64,000 bases of DNA from Perkinsus olseni (lineage: Eukaryota), in assembly GCA_013115125.1 (NCBI GenBank), contig JABANN010000092.1, forward strand, positions 1 to 64,000, read 5' to 3'. This document shows positions 48,854-58,885 of this stretch, in pieces (the stretch's first letter is position 1; each line of letters begins with the position of its first letter). The notes under the pieces are model-generated. The model saw nothing but the letters and a program-made list of their open reading frames with translations, did no database searches and was not told the origin of the DNA. The position numbers were made by a program, and so were the translations under genes.

Positions 48854-49879
48854 TCAGCACGTGACAAGAGAGCGGAGGGATCTCTCCCTCGGCTGCCCAA
48901 TCATCCTTGGGAAGATCTCATTGGCCCCCAGGGCGTCCACTACGGACTTCCGGCAGGTGGGGCAGCTCATACGCGCGGGGTCGTACCAGCGCGTCTGCAG
49001 CTCGACGTCATCTGTGGAGCGCCAGCGGATCCTCTGGGGCCTCAACAGCCACGTTTTGATGCAGTCGTCGTGGAAGGCATGGCCACACCAAAGAGTTCTC
49101 TGCGCCACACCAGCCTCGATGCTATCGATGCAGACGTTACACGTCTCTACGCCGTCCTCGTCCTGGGGAACGATGCGCGTCCTCGAGGATCGAGATATGA
49201 GACGCTTTGCCTCCACGCGAGTGACGAATTTTGGTGTACGGTGGACATCGTTTGGGTTGTCGTGTTGTCTGCGATAACGGCGGTAGAGTTTGAGTACCAG
49301 ATAGATGACGAGGACGAAGGTGACGGGGATAACTACCGGCAGTAACAGTACTAGTGCTAATGCCAAACCAGACAGTTCCAACTCGACTGGTAGCTCATCG
49401 GTCATATTACCACCATTGGCAAGGGCACGGCTTGGGCCTATGGGCAAGCGCAGGGCTGCACTCATGTAGAAGGACTCAATACCGTTACTATAGAAATCGT
49501 AACATCGCTCGGGGGGCGGCATGGGCCAAGTACCGTGTAACCATTGGGCGCAGCTATCACCGTGCTGCTCCGCCTCAGTGGCAGAAGGGCAGGCTGCGCC
49601 ACAGAACCTACAGGCGTCATCCCCTCGACTGATGCACCCGTTGCAGGGAGAGCTGTCCTCTTCACAGTCCAGTGGAAGCTCCTTATGGCCATCCCCTTGG
49701 TCATGAGGTCCTCGAGGGCCACTAGGCCAGGCCTCACATGCTCCACTAACTGGACACCAAAGGCAGGCAGGGCTAGCGATGCAGCCGTCGCAGGTATTGT
49801 GATAGCGGCAAATATCCTCCCCTTTTGCTGTTGAAGCCGTGAGGTAGAGGATGATCCAATGAGGTCGCCATGGTCTCAT
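48854..49879 (-). CDS. Membrane RING-H2 E3 ligase with an extracellular Cys-rich PSI-like domain
   Basis: Signal-like N-terminus from the ATG at 49879; CRYHNTCDGCIASPACLWCPVSGAC; transmembrane segment LALALVLLLPVVIPVTFVLVIYLVL; CNVC...LWCGHAFHDDCIKTW...CPTCR. Confidence 0.85.
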   Translation of the reverse strand: MRPWRPHWIILYLTASTAKGEDICRYHNTCDGCIASPACLWCPVSGACEAWPSGPRGPHDQGDGHKELPLDCEEDSSPCNGCISRGDDACRFCGAACPSATEAEQHGDSCAQWLHGTWPMPPPERCYDFYSNGIESFYMSAALRLPIGPSRALANGGNMTDELPVELELSGLALALVLLLPVVIPVTFVLVIYLVLKLYRRYRRQHDNPNDVHRTPKFVTRVEAKRLISRSSRTRIVPQDEDGVETCNVCIDSIEAGVAQRTLWCGHAFHDDCIKTWLLRPQRIRWRSTDDVELQTRWYDPARMSCPTCRKSVVDALGANEIFPRMIGQPRERSLRSLVTC

Positions 49880-50098
49880 GCCAAGCCCTGAGGGATGAAC
49901 TGCAACCACAACAAGGGAGAGTCGACCTGCATCCGTCCACGGCTGTAGCTGTGACTTGAATGACAACGCAACAGAATGATGGATGATGAGATCGTCGTCG
50001 TGTAAGAAGTCGTACAGAATGTACAGCGTCTGAGGTTGTGTACCGGGAACATCCCGTGGTGAACTAAATCTATGAACAACATTTTCATCATCATCAGA

Positions 50099-52161
50099 TC
50101 AACGCCTCCGACCAGACGATCTCGTTGGTCCCCTTTTGGACACAGGGAGGCATCCCTGTATAGCGGTCTGACAACGAACGCTAAGAACAAGCCGTACTTC
50201 ACTCCGACCCCTCCTACTCGTTTCCGTGGGGCGGTCCGTCGCGAAGGGCTAGGCTCCCCCTTAGGCTCCTCGCCCAAACTGGATGAGCGTCGCCGTCGCT
50301 TCGAGTCCTGGACGTCAGGGAGGTTGAGGCCGAGAGGGACAGAAGGCGCAATCGGTATGTATTCTTTGATGTTATTCAGTACCTACTACGGAGACGGCAT
50401 CCTCCCGGGGGACCGCAGAGTCGGCCGTACCGTAGTGACAGTGTGCTCAACGCTGTCTCTCGTGTTATGCTCCTTAAGATCAGGCTGGGCTTTAACATGT
50501 ACGCTCGGACAGGCAGCGTATCGTACGTAGTATTGGTCAGAGGAGGGTATACAGGTCTCCTCGGCACCAGCAGACAGGAACGGCTCGCCCCGGTTCAACT
50601 ACCAAAACCTCCCTGTTGCACGCCACCATAACCCATTGGTTCTCACCCAGACGGCTGTTTCCATTGACCAGCACTTGGCAACGCTTGTAAGGCTGTAACC
50701 GCCGCCTCCGAGTACCAGAGTCGGTATACCGAGCCTCCGCAGCTCTTGTACCTATCCGTCGGTGTGGGCTGTCCGTGTAACAGGCTCGCCGTAGTACCGC
50801 TGTCGCATGGCCTCTGGTGGAGAGGTTGAATCCGCTATGTGACGTGAGAAGGTCTCCAGCCAGTGAATCAGAACCGGACTGTACCACAAGACAGCTTGGC
50901 CTGAGGTCGAACGCTGCACTCTGTGAGCATGATGGCTCCAACCTACCGGAAACGTTGGACGAGGGTTTTCAACGTCGTACGCAACGCGTAGAGGAACATC
51001 TCATCGGACAGTCCTGGCTTCATTGGGAGATTCACCGCATGGCCCTTGGCAGGCGTCCCTTCCGGCCCGATGTCGTATATTGCACCTGGGGTTATTGATT
51101 ATGAATGGCAAAGGGGGGACGGCCGTTAGTACCCGTGCCGGGGAAGGAGACTGCGTTGCTTTTTGAAGGCGCTGAGTGTATTGATAGTGTAACGACTCGC
51201 GGGCAGGAGTAGAAGGCCTCCTCCACGGCATCACCATGATGGTAGTCGATGTCAACATACAACACCCGCTCGTACCTGTTCCCATACCACTCCTTGCGCA
51301 AATCATCAGGTAGTTTTAGCCTACACTTCCAGTAACTTGACGATCGCCAGGACAATGTCATTAACATAGCAGAAGCCAGCAGCATTGGCGCAGTGAGCGT
51401 GATGCATGCCTAAGTATCACAGATACCTCCCCACAGGTAGTACTCCACCCTAGGACCTCCATTCCAATTTATAGCGATCGGTCTATTGTCCGTGTTATCG
51501 CATAGCCACTGTGCAGCATCAAGGGATGCCCCAGCCGTCCGGCAGCAGTAGTCGAAGACACCCTCAAATAGAGTACAGTCAGTCCACGGCAACAGCGACA
51601 AGTTGTACTTAACGAACCTACAAGGCGAAGCTCCAGCCACAGCGAGTACAGCGGAGGGCCCCTCCTCCCCCAGTACGGGTCAACGGCATGCTTCTTCCGT
51701 TCGGCTTCTGAGGGGTTGCGTATGAACTCTAGATACCGTCTATCGTGGAATACCGCAAGCTCATCGAAAGTAGCGGGTTCGAAGCTGTATAATGATAGAC
51801 GATTCATCGGTGACTCAGCCTCCTGACCATAATGTTATTCAGCTTGGATTGAACTGTAGGCACCCTACCAGCAGCCCGTAGTTCACAATGAGGGAGTGTG
51901 TGAGCCGTAGCCTTTCCGGGTCCATAGGGTGGTCTCCACACCCTCCCACTGCGAACTTGAAAGCCCCTATGTCGCTGCCTTCTATGATCTCATAGCGACC
52001 CTCTCCTGCGAACGGTGAAGCTACTCCATTTCCTGTACTAAGGGCTACTCACCGAGAGTCCTATGGTGGATGTCAGTGAAGTACGCTACCGGCCTATTGG
52101 TGTCGAATCTATTGGTCGTACATTCTGGCAGCCTCGGTGCTTCGGTATCGCTTCCTCCCAT
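50099..52161 (-). CDS. Class I histone deacetylase (Rpd3/HDAC1-3-like, multi-exon)
   Basis: [85 protein letters not shown]. The 3' end is uncertain. Confidence 0.95.
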
Positions 52162-52549
52162 ACAAAGAGAAGCCTGTCATGGGGAGAATGGGAATTAGCC
52201 GTCCACCCCATGTGATTTTCCTGGGCTCTGCCGCACTACGACCGATGTCTTGAAGAACTCAACAAGCACTTCGCCCTAGAGACGGTCCGTTTGCAGTATT
52301 TAATTGTGTACTACGGTTAGCCGGTTGATATACAGCAGAAGAGTAAGGGGTGCTAGTTGCAGGTCTGAGACAAAGGAAAAGCGGATCTATCAACTGGCGG
52401 CGAGGCGCCCTGGTTGTGCATTGCACGCATGCACATTCGGTAAGGTGTGCCGCTATCACAGTAACTCTCTAGTCATGGGTTTTGACCCCAGTGTAGTGTG
52501 ACGGAACAAGACTTGATAGTGGTTGACAGGCGTAAGGCCCTTACGGTCT

Positions 52550-52598
52550 CTTGGGTCTCAAAGGCGCCCTTACGGTAAGGGCGTCTTTGAGACCCAAG
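52550..52598. repeat. 49-nt near-perfect palindrome (24-bp arms)
   Basis: cttgggtctcaaaggcgcccttac-g-gtaagggcgtctttgagacccaag, with one G.T pair. Confidence 0.95.
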
Positions 52599-53592
52599 CC
52601 CAGAGAGGTTCAGAGACGACCCCGAAAGGGTTGAAGACTGTCAAGCTGAAAGGGAATGGTGATTTGGCCTCGAAGTGGGAAAATAAGCTCGAGCGAGCCT
52701 CACGATCAAGATGGGCAGCGAGGGGTCCGCTGGCAGTTCAGTACCTGAAAACTTAGGGCACTATGACCAATGCTTGTAAACTGTTTGATGGACGTATAAC
52801 TACCGTATGCAGCGGTCGTGATGGTTTTCTAACTTGCTTCCCTACAGGTGTAATTTGCCCTCAAGGCAATGGCCAGCGCGGCTCCGTTGAAGTTGGCGAG
52901 AAGTCAGCGGCTACCTTTATCAGTAGGAGGACAGCATGCTGGTCCATCATACAGCCTATGGCGGCTAAGTGACGGCACTCCCTACACTAAGGTCCTCTGT
53001 TACCCAGTGCACTACGAGTCGGCAATCTCCTTAGAAGAGAGCGGAACTGTCGGTCATCACGAGTTCGAGCTGGAACCACCATCACGACCACAGGGATGGT
53101 CAACCCTAGAGTGGAGAATTGCCTGCGACGCTGTGGCAGATGGTGTCACTACTACTATCTTCAAGAGGGTTGAATGATGATGCCAATGCGGCCTCTCATC
53201 GCCGTTCTTGAAACAGTCCCCGAGTCTGCTCGATTCGACGGCAGCAACGACAGCGCACTTCTTTTTCGTGTAAAATATTTTTTTCATTCGAAGATTCTAT
53301 GCTCTTTGAAAGAGTCATCGGTGCTGAGTCGTTAAGACTGGTAGCGGTCTTCACGTTCTCAACTGGGCACTAACGGGCAGGTGCTCTTGCCCCTTCCGTA
53401 CAGGAAACCCCAACTGGCTTGCTGTGTAGTCTCAGTACATGAGAACACCTGCAATTTTGTCGCGTAGTCGGTACCCCCGAACAGTTGGCGAGCCTCGGTA
53501 CCCAGAGCGTTGCGTTGGTGAATAAGACGCTCGGGAGAGTCACGGAGTATTCCTGTCGTCGTTCAGCAGCTTCTTCTCGTTTCCACCCGGGA

Positions 53593-55865
53593 ATGGTCGG
53601 AGTATTGCCAGAGCCGGGCGAGGCGTATGGAGATCTCCTTTTGACGGTACCTACTGACGAGGAGCTACGCCAAGTTGGAGCTGAGCGTGTCCCTATAGAG
53701 AGGAATAGGGCGTCTGCTCAGTGAGTATTGTCAGATGCGTCCATAGTGTCCTCAGTCGCAGAGGGCTGTAGGTCCCCGAGAGCATGGTTGGTAGCAGGTA
53801 CCGTGATCTCTGTGACAGCTTCCGGGACGACATCCGCGGCAGTGATGATAAGTTGAGGCTCTCCGCATGCAACTTCGAGTTGCAGTACGCCAGTACCTAC
53901 TTCACCAGGCTCAACATGCTCAAGTAGGCGGCAGAAACCGGAACACTTCCACGGCCGGTTACTCAGGCGCAGCGTTGTGGAGGCTGCTACTGCCAGATGG
54001 GTCAACACTAAAGCTATCCCCTCTGACCATCTCCTTGAGGGTATCGGACACGTCACCGATCGTGAGCGTGGGGTAAGGCCTAGGATGATATTACGTCTGC
54101 CAGTACGGCTGCTCGTAGGTCACAGTGGCGGTATATGGCTGTGTTGTTAAGGAGGTCAAACTGCGACCATCAGTGCTGGCAGAAATACAGAAAACTGCAG
54201 GAATTAGTGGCACCCATCCGGCAATGGTAGAACGTTCATTCTCCGCAATGATGTCGTGCGCACCCTGGTGGTCTTAGACATCCGAGGGTTACTCGATGAC
54301 GGATCCCTATGCATCTGATGAGGACAAGATCTACCTCGAGGACAGCAGCTCGCGTATACGCCTGGTTGTGAAGGAGGGCTCTTCTGTGGACTTGAACAGG
54401 CTCTGCCAAGGCCTGGTGAGGGGCCGGGGACCGTAGTGCTGAGATCTTGCCATAGCGTGAGTTCTCGTATGCCAGTAGCGAGCGCCTACGCAGGAAGCTC
54501 GTGGACTGAGCGTAGTGTGTTCAGATGAGTGCAGTACTCTGAGAGCACCGTCGTTGGTGCCAGGTACTAGCCTTCAAGGGGACCAGAGGGCGCGGCTGCT
54601 TCGAAGTTGTTGACATGGTAGGCTGGTCGGGAAAAGCTTGTTGAACTCTCTGGAGATCCATGTATGATCCTGAGCTGTATTGCCATCATATGCTCAGGCG
54701 TTCCCTCTACCCCTCGCCCCCAAGATGATAGCACGATCGGGTAGCAGCGATGTGACCAAGTACGTCGGCTTCGTGAGCGGGCTCTGCCTGGGGCAAGAAT
54801 CAGAAGCTAGGTCGATGCTGGCGGAGTGGATCACTGGGGCTGCAGGTTGGTTCCCACTTCGGCCGCAGTGATTATCAGTTAGTCTTCCCCTCGTCAGTTG
54901 ATAAGACCGACACAGTCGCTGACCCCTCGACTATGGTTCGACTTATAGTAGCCGGCGACACTTTAGCGGGTGTAACGACCCAGGCAGATCTCAACAGTGT
55001 TGATAAGTAAGCGTTCAGCTCCTTGGCTTTTGAGTGAACCGCTCCGTGCAGGTTCTTGGCACAAGTAGCTCGATCAGTGCCCGTGACGATCCTCCCGGGT
55101 TCCCAGGATCCTGCCAACTTCGCCTTGCCGCAGCAACCACTGCATTCTGCCCTGTTTCCAGAGTCCAGAAAGGTGAAGGATCTCACTGCGGAGACCAACC
55201 CAGCGAGGTAAGTCTCGGTCGAAGTCGAGGTACAGATGCGTGCATCACCTGAGAATTTCTCAGGTTTCAAGTTGGAGACTGTGTTTTCCTCGGCAGCACT
55301 GGGGCCTGTGTGAAAGAGGTCACGCAGTACTCCACTAGCTCTGATGTTCTGGGTGAGCTCTTGACGGTCTTTCCCCTCCATGCCTGATAGACGCCACCAT
55401 TAATGCCACTGATGTTCATTGATAGATGTCCTGGAGCTCACGGCTCGGAGTCGAGTGATATCCCCCACAGCTCCAGATACAATCGCGTGCTATCCGTTCC
55501 CTAACTTCGACCCTCTCGTCATCACTGAGGGTAGGCAGCAGCACTCCGGCCCTTGTTATCGGACTGCCTTGTGTTCAGGCGAGCCCGTGGCTCATGTTAT
55601 GTTCTCCTCTAATCACAACAAGGCTGCCTTTAGAGTGGTAGACCTCGGAGAGGCCAAGCTCACTCTGCTGTCCGTCAGCACATTCGTATCCGGTACTTGC
55701 TATGTTCCTGCTTATTTAGTTCACGTTGGCTCGTCTTCAGACCCGGTGCTGCTACTGGTTAGTATAAACGACCCGAGCGATGTTAGAAGGGTCAGCTTCA
55801 AAGCCAGTGGTACATTCCAAGCTGAGGGGGATGACGGTGACACTCAAATGGACGATACTTCATAA
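53593..55865 (+). CDS. POLD2: DNA polymerase delta subunit 2 (multi-exon)
   Basis: QYASTYFTRL; KLRPSVLAEI; DKIYLEDSSSRIRL; GFVSGL; RLIVAGD; ILPGSQDPANFALPQQPLH; TNP; SPTAPDTIACYPF..DP. Confidence 0.95.
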
Positions 55866-56404
55866 GATGCACAATTCATTCGGCTTCTTCATGATGAGCT
55901 CGCGTTCTTACCAGTGGCTAATAATACACGATCGGAGGCCCAGTAAGCGATCTATCCTCTCCCAGTCGACCCAGCGCAGCGTTGCAACGGTTTCCCGTGA
56001 CGGGAATCCCGTCGGACTCCAGGTCAACTGTGGAAGTGATGTGCCGCTCGCCACCTGGGCGGTGTGATCGCAGAATTTCTCTCGAATGCTTCTGCTCGCC
56101 GAAGCGCTACTGCGTCTCGCAGTTTGCGCCTCCTGTGATGTTCATACGGACTTCGGGTCGCGAAGTGTTATCAGCTCGCAAACAATGCCCAACAGCCCAT
56201 ACGCATTGGAGCGTCGTCCTTATGGATCTGCATACCCCTAGCTCACTAGCGTTTCGAACCTTAGCTCATCACCACATGCCTGCCTAGCTCAACGCCACTG
56301 CACTCACCATCGTCTGAACTGCTAGACGTTAGACTATTAGATTATAGAACTACTATTAGACTAAAAATACGCTCCTGCGAAGTGTCTGGCGGTTTTCGTG
56401 CAGG

Positions 56405-57139
56405 ATGTCCATCCCTAGCGAGTACTTGGCAGTGAATTACCCGCTCACAAAAGGGACAGAATCTGATAATTTTCAAGCTAGCACCTGTGAAACAATACCC
56501 CAATACGTGAATATCTACACGAACGATATGTCATGCTGGTCAGCTCTGAAAGAGGCCGTCTGTATCTCCTTCACTTCTCGTTATGTTCTACTATGGGTAT
56601 GCTATGTCCTCATCGTAGCTGGTTACTCCATTGCCACCTATTTCTCACAAGCCCATCCAACTGATGCTATCAACGGTTACATTGTGGCAACGTATTTGGT
56701 GGTTGTAATAGTTCTACCCCCGCCGCTCATCGTATACTATTCCTGGCAATTGGAAGATGGTCGTAGGCGGAGAGATGAACGGCGGCGGAAGCGGGAACGA
56801 GCTGCGGAGACCTTCTCGACTAAATGGCGGAGTTGGTTAGATACCCACACCAAGGTGGGGCCCTACGAGAAGGTCATGCTTGAGCGAAACGTCTCACGGT
56901 CCTCGGACAACACAGACGGCGATGAAGCTGAATCTTGTTCAATATGTTTGATTGACTTCGAGGAAGGTGACATACTCCGCAATTTGCCTTGTCAACATGT
57001 GTACCATGAAGATTGTTTTAACGAGTGCTTCTCTGAGCTGCCTCGAGGTAAGCACCACAAGTGTCCTATGTGCCGTGCCCGGATTGGTCCTGAGATTCGT
57101 GACCACTTGGACGAGATTGGCAATCCGATTTCCGCCTGA
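56405..57139 (+). CDS. Membrane RING-H2 E3 ubiquitin ligase (two transmembrane segments)
   Basis: Two hydrophobic segments followed by CSICLIDFEEGDILRNLPCQHVYHEDC...CPMCR. Intronless. Confidence 0.9.
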   Translation: MSIPSEYLAVNYPLTKGTESDNFQASTCETIPQYVNIYTNDMSCWSALKEAVCISFTSRYVLLWVCYVLIVAGYSIATYFSQAHPTDAINGYIVATYLVVVIVLPPPLIVYYSWQLEDGRRRRDERRRKRERAAETFSTKWRSWLDTHTKVGPYEKVMLERNVSRSSDNTDGDEAESCSICLIDFEEGDILRNLPCQHVYHEDCFNECFSELPRGKHHKCPMCRARIGPEIRDHLDEIGNPISA

Positions 57140-57562
57140 TGTTTTTGAATCATCAACATAGCTTTTTAATTGTTTTCCTCATTGTAATAGTCCCAACAAA
57201 TCATCAGCTGGCAGCTTTGCGTCCGCTTATTAGCTGCAGTTCGCCACCACTGTTAAATTTGGTTTCATTTCTTCCTCCTCGTAGCTGCGTTGTGAAAATC
57301 TCTTGAGACATCGTACGATGACAAGCAGGGCTTCTGGGAGACAATTGACACAACCGATCGTGACAGCTTAGGTTTTAATCGAATATGTGTATACGTGTGA
57401 GGAGCCGTCGGAGTCGCTCCAACCAATGGAGTCAGCTCATTCTCGGCAGATGAACGACTGACTCACGGAAGGCTTAGTACTAAATTCCGTGAAATTCTCT
57501 TCTCCTCGATTCGTCTAGCGCGAGGTTCACAAGGCTTCCACAGTTTTCGCCTTTTCCTCATC

Positions 57563-58345
57563 ATGAAGTGCGTTGCTGCTTTCACCACTCTCGCCTGTTT
57601 CGCTGTTGCTGGCGCTATCACTAGTAACGAGGCCCGCGTTGACGACACTTTGGCAAGCATTCTCGCCACTGGAGTTCCTGAGATGAACTCCATGATTTCT
57701 GCCAAGCTCCCGAAGGCTATGGTATTCAACCCACTGGTCGGAGTCGCCAGCACCAAGCGATCTCGCTTCCTCCATGTCGGTGAAGGCTACAACGTCTCCC
57801 TACTTCAATTGAATAATGTGGATTCGCTTCAAGTGGATCTGCTGGAGCCTTCTGTCACCTCCACTAACGAGTCTCTCACCCTTGGCATGGACATCTCTGC
57901 CAAATTCACCGAGGCTCCTAGAATCTTCGGCTACGTTGACGCCTACTACGGCAAGCTCAGCGCTGAGGGAGATGTGCAAGTCTCTATTGATCAGATCGCA
58001 GTGAGCACTCGCATCGATTTGACCGTGTCCCTTGTCGACAACACCGGTATCATGGTCAAGGCTCACATTGATGATCTCACGATGGCCCCCATCAAAGTGG
58101 AGAATCTCGATATCTACTGGGGGCTTGATGGTCACGAGCTTCCTCACTGGTTGGATGATATTTTCAACGACCTATTGAATCTCAACGTCGATCTCGCTGA
58201 AGATATCGGCCGGTGCATCGAGAAGGAGCTCATTAAGAAGTTGACTGCCGAGGGTGTTGTTGTTGGTAACAAGGAGCTCACTCATTTTGCGCCCATCCTC
58301 TTCCCTATGTTGTTTGACAAGATCAATGCTTTCCTCCAAGCATAA
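57563..58345 (+). CDS. Secreted hypothetical protein, possibly BPI/LBP (TULIP)-like
   Basis: Signal peptide MKCVAAFTTLACFAVAGA, strong codon bias, long alternating beta-strands and a long C-terminal helix. The fold call is inference. Confidence 0.75.
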   Translation: MKCVAAFTTLACFAVAGAITSNEARVDDTLASILATGVPEMNSMISAKLPKAMVFNPLVGVASTKRSRFLHVGEGYNVSLLQLNNVDSLQVDLLEPSVTSTNESLTLGMDISAKFTEAPRIFGYVDAYYGKLSAEGDVQVSIDQIAVSTRIDLTVSLVDNTGIMVKAHIDDLTMAPIKVENLDIYWGLDGHELPHWLDDIFNDLLNLNVDLAEDIGRCIEKELIKKLTAEGVVVGNKELTHFAPILFPMLFDKINAFLQA

Positions 58346-58885
58346 ATCGCTTTCTCCTCTCCATTTGTCCAGTTTGTTTGGACTGTTTAGACCTCACCTT
58401 GTCTGACTCCTTCGAGTCCTGTTGTCCTGAACAGTACATAGTCTTGTGTTGTTCTTAATGATGCTCACTGGGCATGGTAAGTGCGAGAACGGATATCCCA
58501 GGCCGTATGCTTCACATCAGAAACAATGTTCCCGGGAAACACTTTCCAGTTCCCTTGAGTGGCGACGCTAGTGCTTAGATCACTAGGGGATATTCAATAA
58601 GCTGTAGAACCGCTAGCGTGGAAGTTGGAGAAAAGATAGCGCCAAGCAGAGGAAGTTCAGCGCCGATGAGAGAAAAATTAGCGCCCGTCCGGAGATTGTT
58701 CCGCTCGGGAATTCACCGGCCGACGAGAGTTTTGGGTATGTGACGTTTTGACTTGGGGTAAATCGTTCGCTTTCAGCATGCGCATAATCGTTGTCGTCGT
58801 GAGACGGCATACCGCACGCAAGCGCATTCCTTTCTCGTGCTTAGCAGACGTCACCGTTCGGTTCCCTGTAGTGTTGTTTTAATTG

